From NCBI GenBank assembly GCA_964419335.1, contig CAYQOX010000027.1, positions 180 through 64,179 of the forward strand: DNA of 64,000 bases, read 5' to 3'. Every line of letters begins with the position of its first letter. Position 1 is the first letter of the stretch. The translations under genes were made by a program, and so were the position numbers. Below are positions 1 to 10,784 of the stretch, piece after piece. Under the pieces are notes generated by a model. It was not told the DNA's origin, searched no databases, and worked only from the letters and a program-made list of their open reading frames with translations. This DNA comes from an uncultured bacterium (GTDB lineage: Bacteria; Hinthialibacterota; Hinthialibacteria; Hinthialibacterales; Hinthialibacteraceae).

Positions 1-1
1 G

Positions 2-1339
2 TTGAAACGTCTATCCCATTTGATCACCATGGTGACTATCGGTCTCGCTTCCTTGCCCTTTTTTACACCAAAATCCATAGCCCAAAGCGAAGCACTCTCA
101 CAAAGCGCGGAAGATATTATCCAAGAATCAACCGGACAAAATCTAAGCGATCTCATTGAAGAAGCCTACCAATCGAACCCTGACATTCGAGCAGCAAAAG
201 CCCAATGGTCTCAAACCATTGAAAAATATCCCCAGGAAACCGCCTTCGATGATCCCGTCCTGAACTTCTCCTACTATATCGAAAATGTAGAAACCCGAGT
301 GGGTCCCCAAGAATACACCGTGGGGATTTCACAAAAATTCCCCTTCCCTGGCACCCTCCGACAGAAAGGCCGAGTCGTAGAAAAAGAAATCGAAATCGCT
401 CGCTTAGAATATGAAAAAACCGTTCGGGATATTATTGTTGAATTAAAACAAGCCGTCTACGAACTCCAATACTTGGACGGTGCCATAGAAATCACCCACC
501 AAAATAAAGAACTTCTCCATGAAATTCTATCTTATGCCGAAGCCAAATATAGCGAGCAATCCGTTAGCCTAAACGACGTCTTTCGAGCAGAATCTCAACT
601 CGCCCAGTTGGATTATGATCTGATTACCCTGCGCGAACTGCGTGCAGTCCAACAATCGGTGATTAATTCGTTACTCAACCGTCCCTCGGATTCCCCGATC
701 CAATCGGTTGCCGCCTCGATCCCTCAACAAGCCACCTTAGAAATCACCTCCTTAGAGCGTTTAGCACACGAACAAAACCAAGACCTCCTTATGTCGGAAT
801 TCGGGGTAGAAAAAGCCGATGAATCCATCCAATTAGCCCGAAAGAAAAATCTGCCTTCCTTCACACTTGGAGCCAACTATATCAACACCGGCGAAGCGAG
901 AAATCCTGCAACTCCAGAAAGTGGAAAAGATCCCATCCTCATAGGCGGCGGGATTTCCATCCCCCTTTGGTTTGGAAAAAACAAAGCCCGTATACGACAC
1001 GCAGAGGAAGGAAGAGAAGCCGCCAGGCAAAAAGAAAAATCCGTCGCCAACCACATCGAGGTCCAGTTACGCAAGACCTATTTTCGTATGCAAAATGCCA
1101 AACGCCTGGTGACCCTCTATCGCGACCATTTAATTCCCCAAGCGGAACATTCCATGCAAATTGCCGAGGAATGGAACCGCAATCGCCAAGGCAGTGTCTC
1201 CGAAGTGCTCGAAGTGCAAAGCGTGTGGCTCAATTTCAATTTAGCCTGGCTGCGCGCCCGGATTGATTATGCCTTGAGTCTCACCCAACTCGAACAGATA
1301 GTGGGCGGTTCTCTCTCCCCCATTATGAATCAGGAGTAA
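2..1339 (+). CDS. TolC-family outer membrane efflux protein (CusC-like); start uncertain at the window edge
   Basis: Signal peptide; two OEP-type helical repeats (NPDIRAAKAQW...; ISQKFPFPG; ISIPLWFG); first gene of the RND operon. Confidence 0.9.
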   Translation: MKRLSHLITMVTIGLASLPFFTPKSIAQSEALSQSAEDIIQESTGQNLSDLIEEAYQSNPDIRAAKAQWSQTIEKYPQETAFDDPVLNFSYYIENVETRVGPQEYTVGISQKFPFPGTLRQKGRVVEKEIEIARLEYEKTVRDIIVELKQAVYELQYLDGAIEITHQNKELLHEILSYAEAKYSEQSVSLNDVFRAESQLAQLDYDLITLRELRAVQQSVINSLLNRPSDSPIQSVAASIPQQATLEITSLERLAHEQNQDLLMSEFGVEKADESIQLARKKNLPSFTLGANYINTGEARNPATPESGKDPILIGGGISIPLWFGKNKARIRHAEEGREAARQKEKSVANHIEVQLRKTYFRMQNAKRLVTLYRDHLIPQAEHSMQIAEEWNRNRQGSVSEVLEVQSVWLNFNLAWLRARIDYALSLTQLEQIVGGSLSPIMNQE

Positions 1340-1342
1340 ATT

Positions 1343-2887
1343 ATGAGATCTTCAGTTTTCATCTACTCAATTACGATTCTCTTCCTCCTTCTCACCATCC
1401 CCCAGGGGTGGAACGATTCATACCGGGAGGCACGTAAAAAATTAAACAGTGAAGAACGTCCCTGGTTTGTCGAGGATCAAATAAAAAGTTCATACAATAC
1501 GCAAGCGGCAGAATTACCGCAAGCGGTCACCTTTCCAGAAGTAGAAAACTTAATGGCTCAATATCATGAGCAAAAAGAAGTTTCTCTAGATTCGATCCTC
1601 CAAACCATTGAACCTTCTCTTTTGAGTCAAGAAGGAAAACAAATCCAAAAGCAGGCCACAGATCCAACGCTTGATGACCTCTTAACCGATCAAATTACCT
1701 TAGATATCGTATTGAATACAGCCTATAGTCGTAATCCCTCGATCAAAGCCGCCTCTCAAGCCTGGCAAGCTGCCCTCGAACGATACCCTCAAGCGGCTTA
1801 TTTAGAAGGCATCCTGCGGCAATACAACTCGTTCACCAAAACCCTCAATTTGCTTTTAAGTGGTATGCAGCCCCATAAACAGATGGTAGAAACAGAATGG
1901 CCTTTCCCCAGCATCACCTCCTTACGGGGTGATATCATCCAAACCGATATCGAAATCGCCAGACAGGATTTCGCTATTGCCTTGCGCGACATCCTCGCCA
2001 ATGTAAAAAAGACCTACCACGATTACTTCTATATTCATCAAGCCATCGATATTACTCAAGAAAATGAAGATTTGCTTGAACAAATGCTGGATGTCGCCTC
2101 CCAAGAATTTGAAGCCGGCAACCGCTCGTATAGCGACGTGATCAAAGCCCGGGTTGCCCTCTCCAAAATTACTGACAACCTCATCACGCTCCGTGATCAA
2201 CGCGAAACCATCATCGCCCGGCTGAACACGCTTCTCGATCGGCCGCCCCATGCCACCTTCGGCTTCGTCGCACCGACCCAAGTCACTTCGGTTCAACTAA
2301 ATCTTGATCGCTTATACGAAATCGCCGAACAGAAGCGGCAAGAAATTCGTCAAATGCAACTCAAAGTGAAACGGACTCACTTGATGATCGATCTCGCCCA
2401 AGAAATGAACCGCCCCGATTCCACCCTCGGTGCCAGTTATTTTCAAGATCGCAGCGGTTTGCTGGTAGGCTCCGCGCCCGACCGTGACACCTTCCAGCCT
2501 TCACCACGTCAACCACTGCGGCCCTGGTTTGGCCAGCGAGAAGCCTTTATCGCCGAAATGCAGCAACGTAGAAGAGAACTGCAAGAAAAACTGGTAAACA
2601 TCATCAATCAAACCATGTTTGATATCAAAAGCGTGCATTACTCTTTAGATGCGGCCTACCGGGAAGCCGAACTCTTCCGTACGACTTTGATTCCCGAATC
2701 CCGCCAGTCGCTAGAAGTGGCAGAAACCGACTACCTCGGTGCACGGATTAACTTTTTGGATTATCTGGATGCCCAGCGTACTTGGCTGGATTTCAATTTA
2801 TCCTACTACAAAGCCCAGCGCTCGTTTGGCAAAACCCGTGCTGAACTGGAACGTGTCACAGGCACTTCATTACAAACAATTCAATAA
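1343..2887 (+). CDS. Second TolC-family outer membrane efflux protein with N-terminal extension
   Basis: OEP repeats (RNPSIKAASQAW, WPFPS, AELERVTG); starts 3 nt after the previous stop. Confidence 0.85.
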   Translation: MRSSVFIYSITILFLLLTIPQGWNDSYREARKKLNSEERPWFVEDQIKSSYNTQAAELPQAVTFPEVENLMAQYHEQKEVSLDSILQTIEPSLLSQEGKQIQKQATDPTLDDLLTDQITLDIVLNTAYSRNPSIKAASQAWQAALERYPQAAYLEGILRQYNSFTKTLNLLLSGMQPHKQMVETEWPFPSITSLRGDIIQTDIEIARQDFAIALRDILANVKKTYHDYFYIHQAIDITQENEDLLEQMLDVASQEFEAGNRSYSDVIKARVALSKITDNLITLRDQRETIIARLNTLLDRPPHATFGFVAPTQVTSVQLNLDRLYEIAEQKRQEIRQMQLKVKRTHLMIDLAQEMNRPDSTLGASYFQDRSGLLVGSAPDRDTFQPSPRQPLRPWFGQREAFIAEMQQRRRELQEKLVNIINQTMFDIKSVHYSLDAAYREAELFRTTLIPESRQSLEVAETDYLGARINFLDYLDAQRTWLDFNLSYYKAQRSFGKTRAELERVTGTSLQTIQ

Positions 2888-2916
2888 CATTTAATCAACG
2901 CAGGAGCCTAACCACT

Positions 2917-4863
2917 ATGAACCGTCTGAAATTAATATTGCAATACAAGATGACTTACTTAGTTCTAGGACTAATCTTAGGCGCTCTTCTATTTGTCTTG
3001 TTTTCAGGAGGACAAGACCATTCCACCAGTTCTTCCACAGCCGAGGTTGAGGATCAAACGACGACCTGGACCTGCTCTATGCATCCTCAAATTCAACAAC
3101 CCGAACCGGGAAAATGTCCCATCTGCGGCATGGATTTAATCCCCGCCAGTTCCGCCGAAAAAGAAGAAAGCGGTCCGCGTGAACTCAAGATGACCGAAGC
3201 CGCTAAAGCCTTAGCTGAAATTCAAACCGCTCCCGTTCGCCGTGAGTTTGCCGAGCACGAACTACGTATGGTCGGCAAGGTGGAATATGACGAAACCCGC
3301 CTCAAGTATATCACCGCCTGGTTCCCTGGCCGCCTCGACCGCTTATTTGTCGACTACACAGGGATACCCGTGCGCAAAGGCGAGCATCTGGTCGAAATCT
3401 TTAGTCCTTCTCTTATCACCGACCAAGAGTCCTTAATCCAAGCCAAACAAGCAGTCGAAAGTTTAAGTGAATCCACCGTCTCCCAAGTTTTAAACAACCG
3501 GATGGAAACCTTGGAGCGCGCACGCGAACGCCTACGGTTATTGGGACTCACAGAAGCCCAAATTCAAGAAATCGAAGAACGCGAATCTCCCTCCGAACAT
3601 ATTACCTTCTATTCCCCCATCGATGGAATCGTCATTCACAAAAACGCGATGGAAGGCGACTATGTAGAAACCGGAACTCGCATCTATACCATCGCCGATT
3701 TAAGTCACGTTTGGGTAAAAATGGATGCTTATGAATCCGATCTGCAATGGATCCACTACGGACAAGAAGTCGAGTTCACCACCATTTCTTATCCCGGTGA
3801 AGTCTTTAAAGGCCGCGTCTCCTTTATTGACCCTTATCTCAACGAGAACACCCGCACGGTTAAAGTACGAGTTAACGTAGAAAATCCCAAGGGTAAACTA
3901 AAACCCGAGATGTTCGTCCGTGCCACAGTCCATAGCAAAGTCAACGCCGAGGGAGAGATCTACGATCCAGAATTAATTGGCAAATGGATCAGCCCCATGC
4001 ACCCTGAAATCATTAAAGACGAACCCGGGTCCTGCGATATCTGCGGGATGCCGCTGGTCAAAGCCGAAGAATACGGCTATGTGGATCCAGAGGTGAAAGA
4101 AAGCCAGCCCCCGTTAATCATCCCCGATACCGCTCCTTTGGTCACTGGCAAACGGGCTGTGGTCTATGTCAAAGTCCCTAACACCGAACGCCCTACGTTT
4201 GAAGGCCGGCAGATCGTGCTTGGCCCGCGCTTAAGAAATCATTACATCGTACATTCCGGCCTTGAAGAAGGCGAAGAGGTCGTCGTGAAAGGCAACTTTA
4301 AAATCGACAGCGCTCTTCAAATCCAAGCCAAACCAAGCATGATGAGCCCCGAAGACGAGGCTGCCCCTGAGCAGGACCACGCAGAAACCACCAAGTTGAC
4401 CTTACCCTCCGAAACTCTACCTGCCTTTTTGCAAGCCTATCAATCCATCTATACAGCCCTCGTCCAAGACGATTTAGAACAAGCCCAAACCGCTTCTCAA
4501 GAATGGGTAGATGCAGCAAAATCAGAAAACTTAAAAGATGTAGAAATGTTGGGGCATGGGATCATGCACGCCGAAGCATTGGAAGAAGCCCGCCAAACCT
4601 TTGAAAAAATAGCGAATCTGTTGATCCAAGCCGTTGAACTACATGGTGCTCCGGAGGATCCCCTCTATGTTCTCCACTGCCCCATGGCCTTTAACAACCA
4701 AGGGGCACATTGGCTGCAATGGCAAGAAAAAATCCAAAATCCCTATTTCGGAGACGCTATGCTCACCTGTGGAGAAGTACAAGAAACCTATCCCCCTGCG
4801 GATTCACAAAGCCAATCCGACACTGACTCGGAAGATGATCAATCATCACATAATCACGAATAA
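2917..4863 (+). CDS. cusB: CusB-type RND periplasmic adaptor with heavy-metal-binding domains and a C-terminal DUF3347-like domain
   Basis: WTCSMHP...GKCPICGMDL and WISPMHP...CDICGM motifs; membrane-fusion core; C-terminal HCPMA...W...NPYFG..MLTCG. Confidence 0.9.
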   Translation: MNRLKLILQYKMTYLVLGLILGALLFVLFSGGQDHSTSSSTAEVEDQTTTWTCSMHPQIQQPEPGKCPICGMDLIPASSAEKEESGPRELKMTEAAKALAEIQTAPVRREFAEHELRMVGKVEYDETRLKYITAWFPGRLDRLFVDYTGIPVRKGEHLVEIFSPSLITDQESLIQAKQAVESLSESTVSQVLNNRMETLERARERLRLLGLTEAQIQEIEERESPSEHITFYSPIDGIVIHKNAMEGDYVETGTRIYTIADLSHVWVKMDAYESDLQWIHYGQEVEFTTISYPGEVFKGRVSFIDPYLNENTRTVKVRVNVENPKGKLKPEMFVRATVHSKVNAEGEIYDPELIGKWISPMHPEIIKDEPGSCDICGMPLVKAEEYGYVDPEVKESQPPLIIPDTAPLVTGKRAVVYVKVPNTERPTFEGRQIVLGPRLRNHYIVHSGLEEGEEVVVKGNFKIDSALQIQAKPSMMSPEDEAAPEQDHAETTKLTLPSETLPAFLQAYQSIYTALVQDDLEQAQTASQEWVDAAKSENLKDVEMLGHGIMHAEALEEARQTFEKIANLLIQAVELHGAPEDPLYVLHCPMAFNNQGAHWLQWQEKIQNPYFGDAMLTCGEVQETYPPADSQSQSDTDSEDDQSSHNHE

Positions 4864-4890
4864 TCAAACCATTGTGCAACAAGGTGGATC

Positions 4891-7800
4891 ATGCTCAATA
4901 CACTAATCCGTTTTTGCTTGGAAAATAAACTAGTCGTTACCCTTTTTCTTGTTTTCATCCTTTTGTGGGGAATTATGGTCGCCCCCTTTGATTGGGATAT
5001 CACCGGGTTGCCGCGCGATCCCGTGCCCGTGGATGCCATCCCCGATATCGGTGAAAATCAACAGATCGTGTTTACCGAGTGGATGGGACGCTCTCCCCAA
5101 GATGTCGAAGACCAAATCACGTATCCTTTAACGGTCTCCCTCCTGGGCATCCCCGGAGTCAAAACCATCCGTAGTTATTCTTTCTTTGGATTCTCTTCGA
5201 TTTACATCATCTTCAAAGAAGATGTGGAATTTTATTGGTCTCGCTCCAGAGTCTTGGAAAAACTCAACAGCCTTCCTGCCGGAACCTTACCCCAAGGGGT
5301 CCAACCGGCCCTCGGCCCCGACGCCACCGCGCTGGGACAAATCTTCTGGTACACATTGGAAGGCTACGATGAACAAGGGAATCCTACCGGCGGCTGGGAT
5401 CTGGATGAATTACGCAGCATTCAGGATTGGTATGTTCGCTATGCCTTAATGTCGGCCGATGGTGTAAGCGAAGTCGCCTCGGTCGGTGGGTTCGTACGCG
5501 AATATCAAATTGATGTCGATCCAGACGCCATGCGCGCATATAACGTCACCCTGAATGATGTCTACAATGCCGTACGTCAATCCAATGTGGATGTCGGAGC
5601 CCGTACCATCGAAGTCAATCGTGCCGAATATATTGTCCGAGGCCGAGGATTCCTCGAAAGTGTGGATGACCTCGAGAAAACCGTCATCAAAGCGAACGAC
5701 AATGTTCCCGTCAAAATACAGGATGTCGCTCATGTCTCTACCGGCCCCGCTCTTCGCCGGGGAGCCTTGGACAAAGCCGGCGCCGAAGCCGTCGGCGGCG
5801 TGGTCGTTGTTCGTTATGGAGAAAATCCCCTCAAAGTCATCCAAAACGTGAAAGACAAAATTGAAGAAATTTCCCCCGGTCTCCCCAAAAAAGAGCTGGA
5901 CGACGGCACCGTCTCTCAAATCAAAATCGTCCCCTTCTACGACCGCACCGGCCTTATTTACGAAACCCTGGGAACCCTCAACACCGCCCTAAGCGAAGAG
6001 ATTCTCGTCACCATCATCGTCATCATTGTGATGGTTTACCATCTGCGCAGTTCCTTCCTCATTTCCGCTTTACTGCCTATCTCCGTTTTGATGTGCTTCA
6101 TCGCCATGAAACAGTTCGGGGTAGATGCCAACATCGTCGCCCTCTCCGGAATCGCCATTGCCATCGGAACCATGGTGGATATGGGAGTGGTCATTTGTGA
6201 AAATATTTTAAGGCACTTAGATCAATCTAAAGAAAGTGAAAACAAACTAGAGGCCATCTTCCGTGCTACCACCGAGGTTGGCAGCGCGATCCTCACCGCC
6301 GTGGCCACCACCGTCGTTAGTTTTCTCCCCGTATTCACCATGACCGCGGCAGAAGGAAAACTCTTCAAACCCTTAGCCTTCACCAAAACCTTCGCCCTGA
6401 TCGCTTCGGTTATCGTAGCCTTAACAATCATCCCGCCCTTTGCCCACCTTTTGTTTACGGGCAAAATCCGCGGCCAAACCCTGCGCAATTGGGTCCACTG
6501 TGGATTAATCATCGCTGGAATTCTTTTAACATTCATGTTTTCCTGGTGGGTCGGTATCATCATCTTTGGTTTTGGAATCTACCATTTCATCGCCGAACTC
6601 TTGCCGGATACAACCCGCCGCTGGATCCCCATGCTTGTCAATGGTTTAGCCTTGCTGGTGGTTGTAACGATACTCAGCAATCACTGGCTCCCTCTCGGAC
6701 CAGATAAAGGCGAACTCACGAACTGGGTTTTTGTTGTGGCTTTATTGGGCGGCATTCTCTTCCTAATCCAATTATTTATGCGTTACTATGAGCCGCTTCT
6801 CCGATGGTGCTTGGATCATAAACCCACTTTCTTGACTCTCCCTATCTTGGTTTTGCTTCTTGGCGGTATGATCTGGTTGGGATTTGATCGAATCTTCGGC
6901 TTCTTACCCCAATTTGTTCTTCGAGCCCCTATTGTGTCTGACATCCGTCATGCCTTCCCAGGGTTGGGTAAAGAATTTATGCCTCCTTTAGACGAAGGAT
7001 CCTACTTGTACATGCCCACCACCATGCCCCACGCCTCCATCGGTGAAGCCATGGATGTATTAGAAAAAGTCGATATGGCCATCCAAGCCATCCCGGAAGT
7101 GGAAGAAGCGGTTGGCAAAATTGGACGGGTCGAAAGCCCCCTGGATCCCGCCCCTATCTCCATGATCGAAACCATTATCAATTACAAATCTGAATACAAA
7201 ACCGATGAATCAGGACATCGCCTACGCTTCAAATACGATGCGGACAAGGAGGAATATGTCCGCGACCAAGAGGGCGAACTCATTCCGGATCCCAACGGAA
7301 TGCCCTATCGTCAATGGCGTGACCATATTCAATCAGCCGATGACATTTGGGATGAAATCACCAAAGCGGCCCAAGTTCCAGGAACCACCTCCGCTCCTCG
7401 ACTCCAGCCCATTGCCGCCCGAATTGTCATGCTGCAAAGCGGAATGCGCGCTCCCATGGGAGTTAAAGTCAAAGGTCCGGATTTAAGAACCATCGAAGAA
7501 GTTGGCCTGCAAATTGAAAAACACTTGAAAGAAGTTCCCTCTGTCCAAGCCGAAGCGGTCATCGCCGACCGCATCGTAGGCAAACCTTATATGGAAATCG
7601 ATATTGATCGCGAAGCCATTTCCCGCTATGGCGTTTCTATACGACAAGTGCAAGACGTCATCGAAGTCGCTATTGGCGGGAAAAGAATCACAACCACCGT
7701 AGAAGGACGAGAGCGTTACCCCGTACGCGTACGCTATATGCGAGAATTGCGCGATACGATCGAATCGCTGGGCGCCATCCTCGTCCCAACTCCCACCGGC

Positions 7801-8631
7801 GCACAAATCCCCATGCAGGAATTGGCGGATATCGAATATGTCCGCGGCCCCCAAGCCATTAAAGGCGAAGACACCTTCCTTGTAGGTTATGTCCTCTTCG
7901 ATATGAAAGAAGGATTCGCCGAAGTCGAAGTCGTGGAACAAGCCCGAGACTACTTGAAAGAAAAAGAAGCGAGTGGGGAATTAAACATCCCCAGTGGAGT
8001 GAGCTACTCCTTCGCCGGCAGCTATGAAAACCAAGTCCGCTCGGAAAAACGCCTTCGAATCGTACTCCCGCTTTCCCTCTTTATCATTTTTATTATCTTG
8101 TATTTCCAATTCAAAAACATTCCCACGACACTGATTGTCTTTTCTGGCATCCTCGTCGCCTGGGCGGGAGGATTCATCATGCTTTGGCTCTACGGTCAAG
8201 ATTGGTTCCTGAATATCACCGTCTTTGGCGAAAACCTCCAAGAACTCTTTCAAGTCCGTCCCTTCAACTTAAGCGTAGCCGTATGGGTAGGCTTTTTGGC
8301 CTTGTTCGGAATCGCCACCGATAACGGAGTCATCTATTCCACTTACTTAGATCAAATCTTCACTAGCGAGAACCCTCGTAGCACCCAAGAAATTCGTGAA
8401 GCCACCATCCGTGCTTCTCTTCGCCGTATTCGTCCTTGCTTGATGACCACCGCCACCACTCTGTTGGCGCTTATCCCGGTGTTAACTTCAACCGGACGCG
8501 GCTCCGATATTATGGTCCCCATGGCGATCCCCTCCTTTGGAGGCATGACCGTGGTCATCGTCACCGTCTTTGTCGTCCCCGTGTTGTACTGCGCCATGAA
8601 AGAATGGAAAATCTCCCGCGGCGGCTCATAA
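4891..8631 (+). CDS. cusA: CusA/CzcA-family heavy-metal RND permease (Cu/Ag type)
   Basis: DAIPDIGENQQIVFTEWMGRSPQDVEDQITYPL, LGPDATALG, EFMPPLDEG, RIRPCLMT, MVPMAIPSFGG. Confidence 0.95.
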   Translation: MLNTLIRFCLENKLVVTLFLVFILLWGIMVAPFDWDITGLPRDPVPVDAIPDIGENQQIVFTEWMGRSPQDVEDQITYPLTVSLLGIPGVKTIRSYSFFGFSSIYIIFKEDVEFYWSRSRVLEKLNSLPAGTLPQGVQPALGPDATALGQIFWYTLEGYDEQGNPTGGWDLDELRSIQDWYVRYALMSADGVSEVASVGGFVREYQIDVDPDAMRAYNVTLNDVYNAVRQSNVDVGARTIEVNRAEYIVRGRGFLESVDDLEKTVIKANDNVPVKIQDVAHVSTGPALRRGALDKAGAEAVGGVVVVRYGENPLKVIQNVKDKIEEISPGLPKKELDDGTVSQIKIVPFYDRTGLIYETLGTLNTALSEEILVTIIVIIVMVYHLRSSFLISALLPISVLMCFIAMKQFGVDANIVALSGIAIAIGTMVDMGVVICENILRHLDQSKESENKLEAIFRATTEVGSAILTAVATTVVSFLPVFTMTAAEGKLFKPLAFTKTFALIASVIVALTIIPPFAHLLFTGKIRGQTLRNWVHCGLIIAGILLTFMFSWWVGIIIFGFGIYHFIAELLPDTTRRWIPMLVNGLALLVVVTILSNHWLPLGPDKGELTNWVFVVALLGGILFLIQLFMRYYEPLLRWCLDHKPTFLTLPILVLLLGGMIWLGFDRIFGFLPQFVLRAPIVSDIRHAFPGLGKEFMPPLDEGSYLYMPTTMPHASIGEAMDVLEKVDMAIQAIPEVEEAVGKIGRVESPLDPAPISMIETIINYKSEYKTDESGHRLRFKYDADKEEYVRDQEGELIPDPNGMPYRQWRDHIQSADDIWDEITKAAQVPGTTSAPRLQPIAARIVMLQSGMRAPMGVKVKGPDLRTIEEVGLQIEKHLKEVPSVQAEAVIADRIVGKPYMEIDIDREAISRYGVSIRQVQDVIEVAIGGKRITTTVEGRERYPVRVRYMRELRDTIESLGAILVPTPTGAQIPMQELADIEYVRGPQAIKGEDTFLVGYVLFDMKEGFAEVEVVEQARDYLKEKEASGELNIPSGVSYSFAGSYENQVRSEKRLRIVLPLSLFIIFIILYFQFKNIPTTLIVFSGILVAWAGGFIMLWLYGQDWFLNITVFGENLQELFQVRPFNLSVAVWVGFLALFGIATDNGVIYSTYLDQIFTSENPRSTQEIREATIRASLRRIRPCLMTTATTLLALIPVLTSTGRGSDIMVPMAIPSFGGMTVVIVTVFVVPVLYCAMKEWKISRGGS

Positions 8632-8719
8632 AAAAATCACCGCCATGGTTTGGCAGTGAGAATCAAGATCACGTGAATCTACTTAATGAATAAATCCTGA
8701 TGGCGGGAGGTTAAATCAT

Positions 8720-10261
8720 TCAATCAAAGAAATAAGCATCATCACCCGCATCCCAATGCTTCGCCATCGTTTCTAATTCTTCAATAACATCCCGGTGCTT
8801 TGGATCATGATACAAATTCATGGTTTCCCCGGGATCGTTTTTTAGATCGTAAAGCGCACCATCCTTATCCTCCACCCGATGATCCATGAAATAAATGAGC
8901 TTCCATTCTTTGGTGCGTACCATCACTCGGCGCCCAGTTCCCTGTCGCAACTCTTGATACATGCTTTGGCTGTGATCAATCTCCGAAAAGCAAGCTTTGC
9001 GCCATGGATTGACCTCTCCCTGAATCAACGGCATCAAACTTCTTCCCCGTATTGCCTTGGGCACTTCCAAATCGGTTAGTTCTAATAACGTCGGTAAAAA
9101 ATCAATCAGTTCTACCGGCTCTTCAATGACTTTCCCTTGCGGTAATTTTTGGGGGTAACGAAAAATCAACGGCACCCGCACATTGGCCTCATAAAAGACT
9201 CGCTTCTTCCATAAATTATGCTCCCCAAGTTGAAAACCTTGATCCGAAGTAAAAGCAATGACGGTATTTTCCAACTCTCCCGCTTCTTCCAACGCTTTCA
9301 CGATCCGGCCAATCTGCACATCGACCAAAGAAACCATGCCATAATAAGTCCCCCGGCAGAGGTCAATTTCCTCTCGGCTTAAACTGGCACCGGCATAAGT
9401 ATGCAAAGGCCCTTTTTCAAACTCCGGTTTGGAGGCAAGTTCTTCTTCCTTAGGGAAGGGTAAATCGATGGTTCCAGGATCGATGAAATATTCAGGCGGA
9501 ACATAACATGGAACATGGGGTTCATGAAACGAGACCCGTAGAAAAAATGGATCATCTTCTTTTGTCAATTCCTTGATGGTTTCAACCGCCCGGTTACCCA
9601 AACGCCATGGCTCCGTTTGTTCCGCTTCAACATCCAAAAGTCCGCCAATCATCCATTGATGGGTATCCGTCACCACCGGTTTGGTTTTAAAAACATCGTC
9701 TCGATCTCCAAAAGTCTTCTCGAAATACGGAGTCGGTTTCCCATGCACATTCAAAAACCGCGGGGCATCTCCACGATGATCAAAACATCGATGAAAGCCA
9801 TGGATCTTCCCAACGTTGATCGGCTTCATTCCCACTTGGTTCCACACATCCAGCAACGTTGGAGATTGATCGAATTTCTCCATCTGTTCTTGATCTATAT
9901 AATCGCCGGCTTGATCCGGTTCTTTCCCCATGGCCACCGGGCCCACCTCATGGGCATAGAAGCCCGACTTCATACTCCGGCGCGAAGGCACGCATACCGG
10001 ATTCTGGATTATGGCATCATGAAAACGAACTCCCTGACTCGCCAGGCGATCCAAGTTTGGTGTCTTCGCCCAGGGGGCGTTATAACAACCTACAGTATCA
10101 GCCCGGCCGTCATCCAGCATGATCCACAATACATTGGGACGTTTCTTTTTCCCCCCGGATAAAGAAGGAACCGTCTCGGCCTTCACACCTTGGTTTGCAA
10201 TCGTCCCTGCCGATAGTACACCCCACGCACTCTTTTGTAAAAAATCTCTTCTCTTCATCAT
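8720..10261 (-). CDS. Tat-exported formylglycine-dependent sulfatase
   Basis: KRRDFL twin-arginine signal; NVLWIMLDD; catalytic CVPSR; SDQG; LYDLKNDPGE. Confidence 0.92.
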   Translation of the reverse strand: MMKRRDFLQKSAWGVLSAGTIANQGVKAETVPSLSGGKKKRPNVLWIMLDDGRADTVGCYNAPWAKTPNLDRLASQGVRFHDAIIQNPVCVPSRRSMKSGFYAHEVGPVAMGKEPDQAGDYIDQEQMEKFDQSPTLLDVWNQVGMKPINVGKIHGFHRCFDHRGDAPRFLNVHGKPTPYFEKTFGDRDDVFKTKPVVTDTHQWMIGGLLDVEAEQTEPWRLGNRAVETIKELTKEDDPFFLRVSFHEPHVPCYVPPEYFIDPGTIDLPFPKEEELASKPEFEKGPLHTYAGASLSREEIDLCRGTYYGMVSLVDVQIGRIVKALEEAGELENTVIAFTSDQGFQLGEHNLWKKRVFYEANVRVPLIFRYPQKLPQGKVIEEPVELIDFLPTLLELTDLEVPKAIRGRSLMPLIQGEVNPWRKACFSEIDHSQSMYQELRQGTGRRVMVRTKEWKLIYFMDHRVEDKDGALYDLKNDPGETMNLYHDPKHRDVIEELETMAKHWDAGDDAYFFD

Positions 10262-10686
10262 CTTATTCCTTCGCTGCCTTCCATCGGTTCCTCAATTATA
10301 TTTTTTTTTCTTTGCCGATCGAGTATCTCCTGCATTTTCTCAATGACATTCTCGTCTAAATCCGTGGTTTCAAACGCACGCAATGCAAAGCCCTCGGTAT
10401 CCCCATCAAAAAGTACATGGGTTATATGGTTGAATATCTTTTTTTCCATATTTTTCCGATCCACATTGGCATGATAAACTCCCGCCTTCCCTTGTTGAGT
10501 TATTCGCACCCACCCTTTGTCATCCATCGTACGCAGAATCGTGCGAATCGAGGAATCCGAACGCTCTATGCCCTGCCCTCGAAGAATTTCACGAATCTCA
10601 TCTGCTTTTTTGGGACCCGAGTTCCATAAGACTTTTAATAGCATTAATTCCCAATCTGTGGGGGTTGGCGATTGTGGTCGATTCAT
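10258..10686 (-). CDS. BlaI/MecI/CopY-family transcriptional repressor
   Basis: PTDWELMLLKVLW...SSIRTILRTMDDKGWV winged helix; ATG at 10686 with GAAAGGA upstream; overlaps the sulfatase start by 4 nt. Confidence 0.88.
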   Translation of the reverse strand: MNRPQSPTPTDWELMLLKVLWNSGPKKADEIREILRGQGIERSDSSIRTILRTMDDKGWVRITQQGKAGVYHANVDRKNMEKKIFNHITHVLFDGDTEGFALRAFETTDLDENVIEKMQEILDRQRKKNIIEEPMEGSEGIR

Positions 10687-10784
10687 CACTAATCCTTTCT
10701 TCTCCATTAAACTGGAGAGCATTTCAATTAATGAAAGTGAAATACAGTGATTTATCTTCTATCATATATTATAAAACACAAAAC

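Noticed and set aside
8632-8719. CCGCCAT...ATGGCGG inverted repeat between cusA and the sulfatase
   Set aside because: Short arms far apart; at most a weak terminator, with no evidence for an RNA gene.
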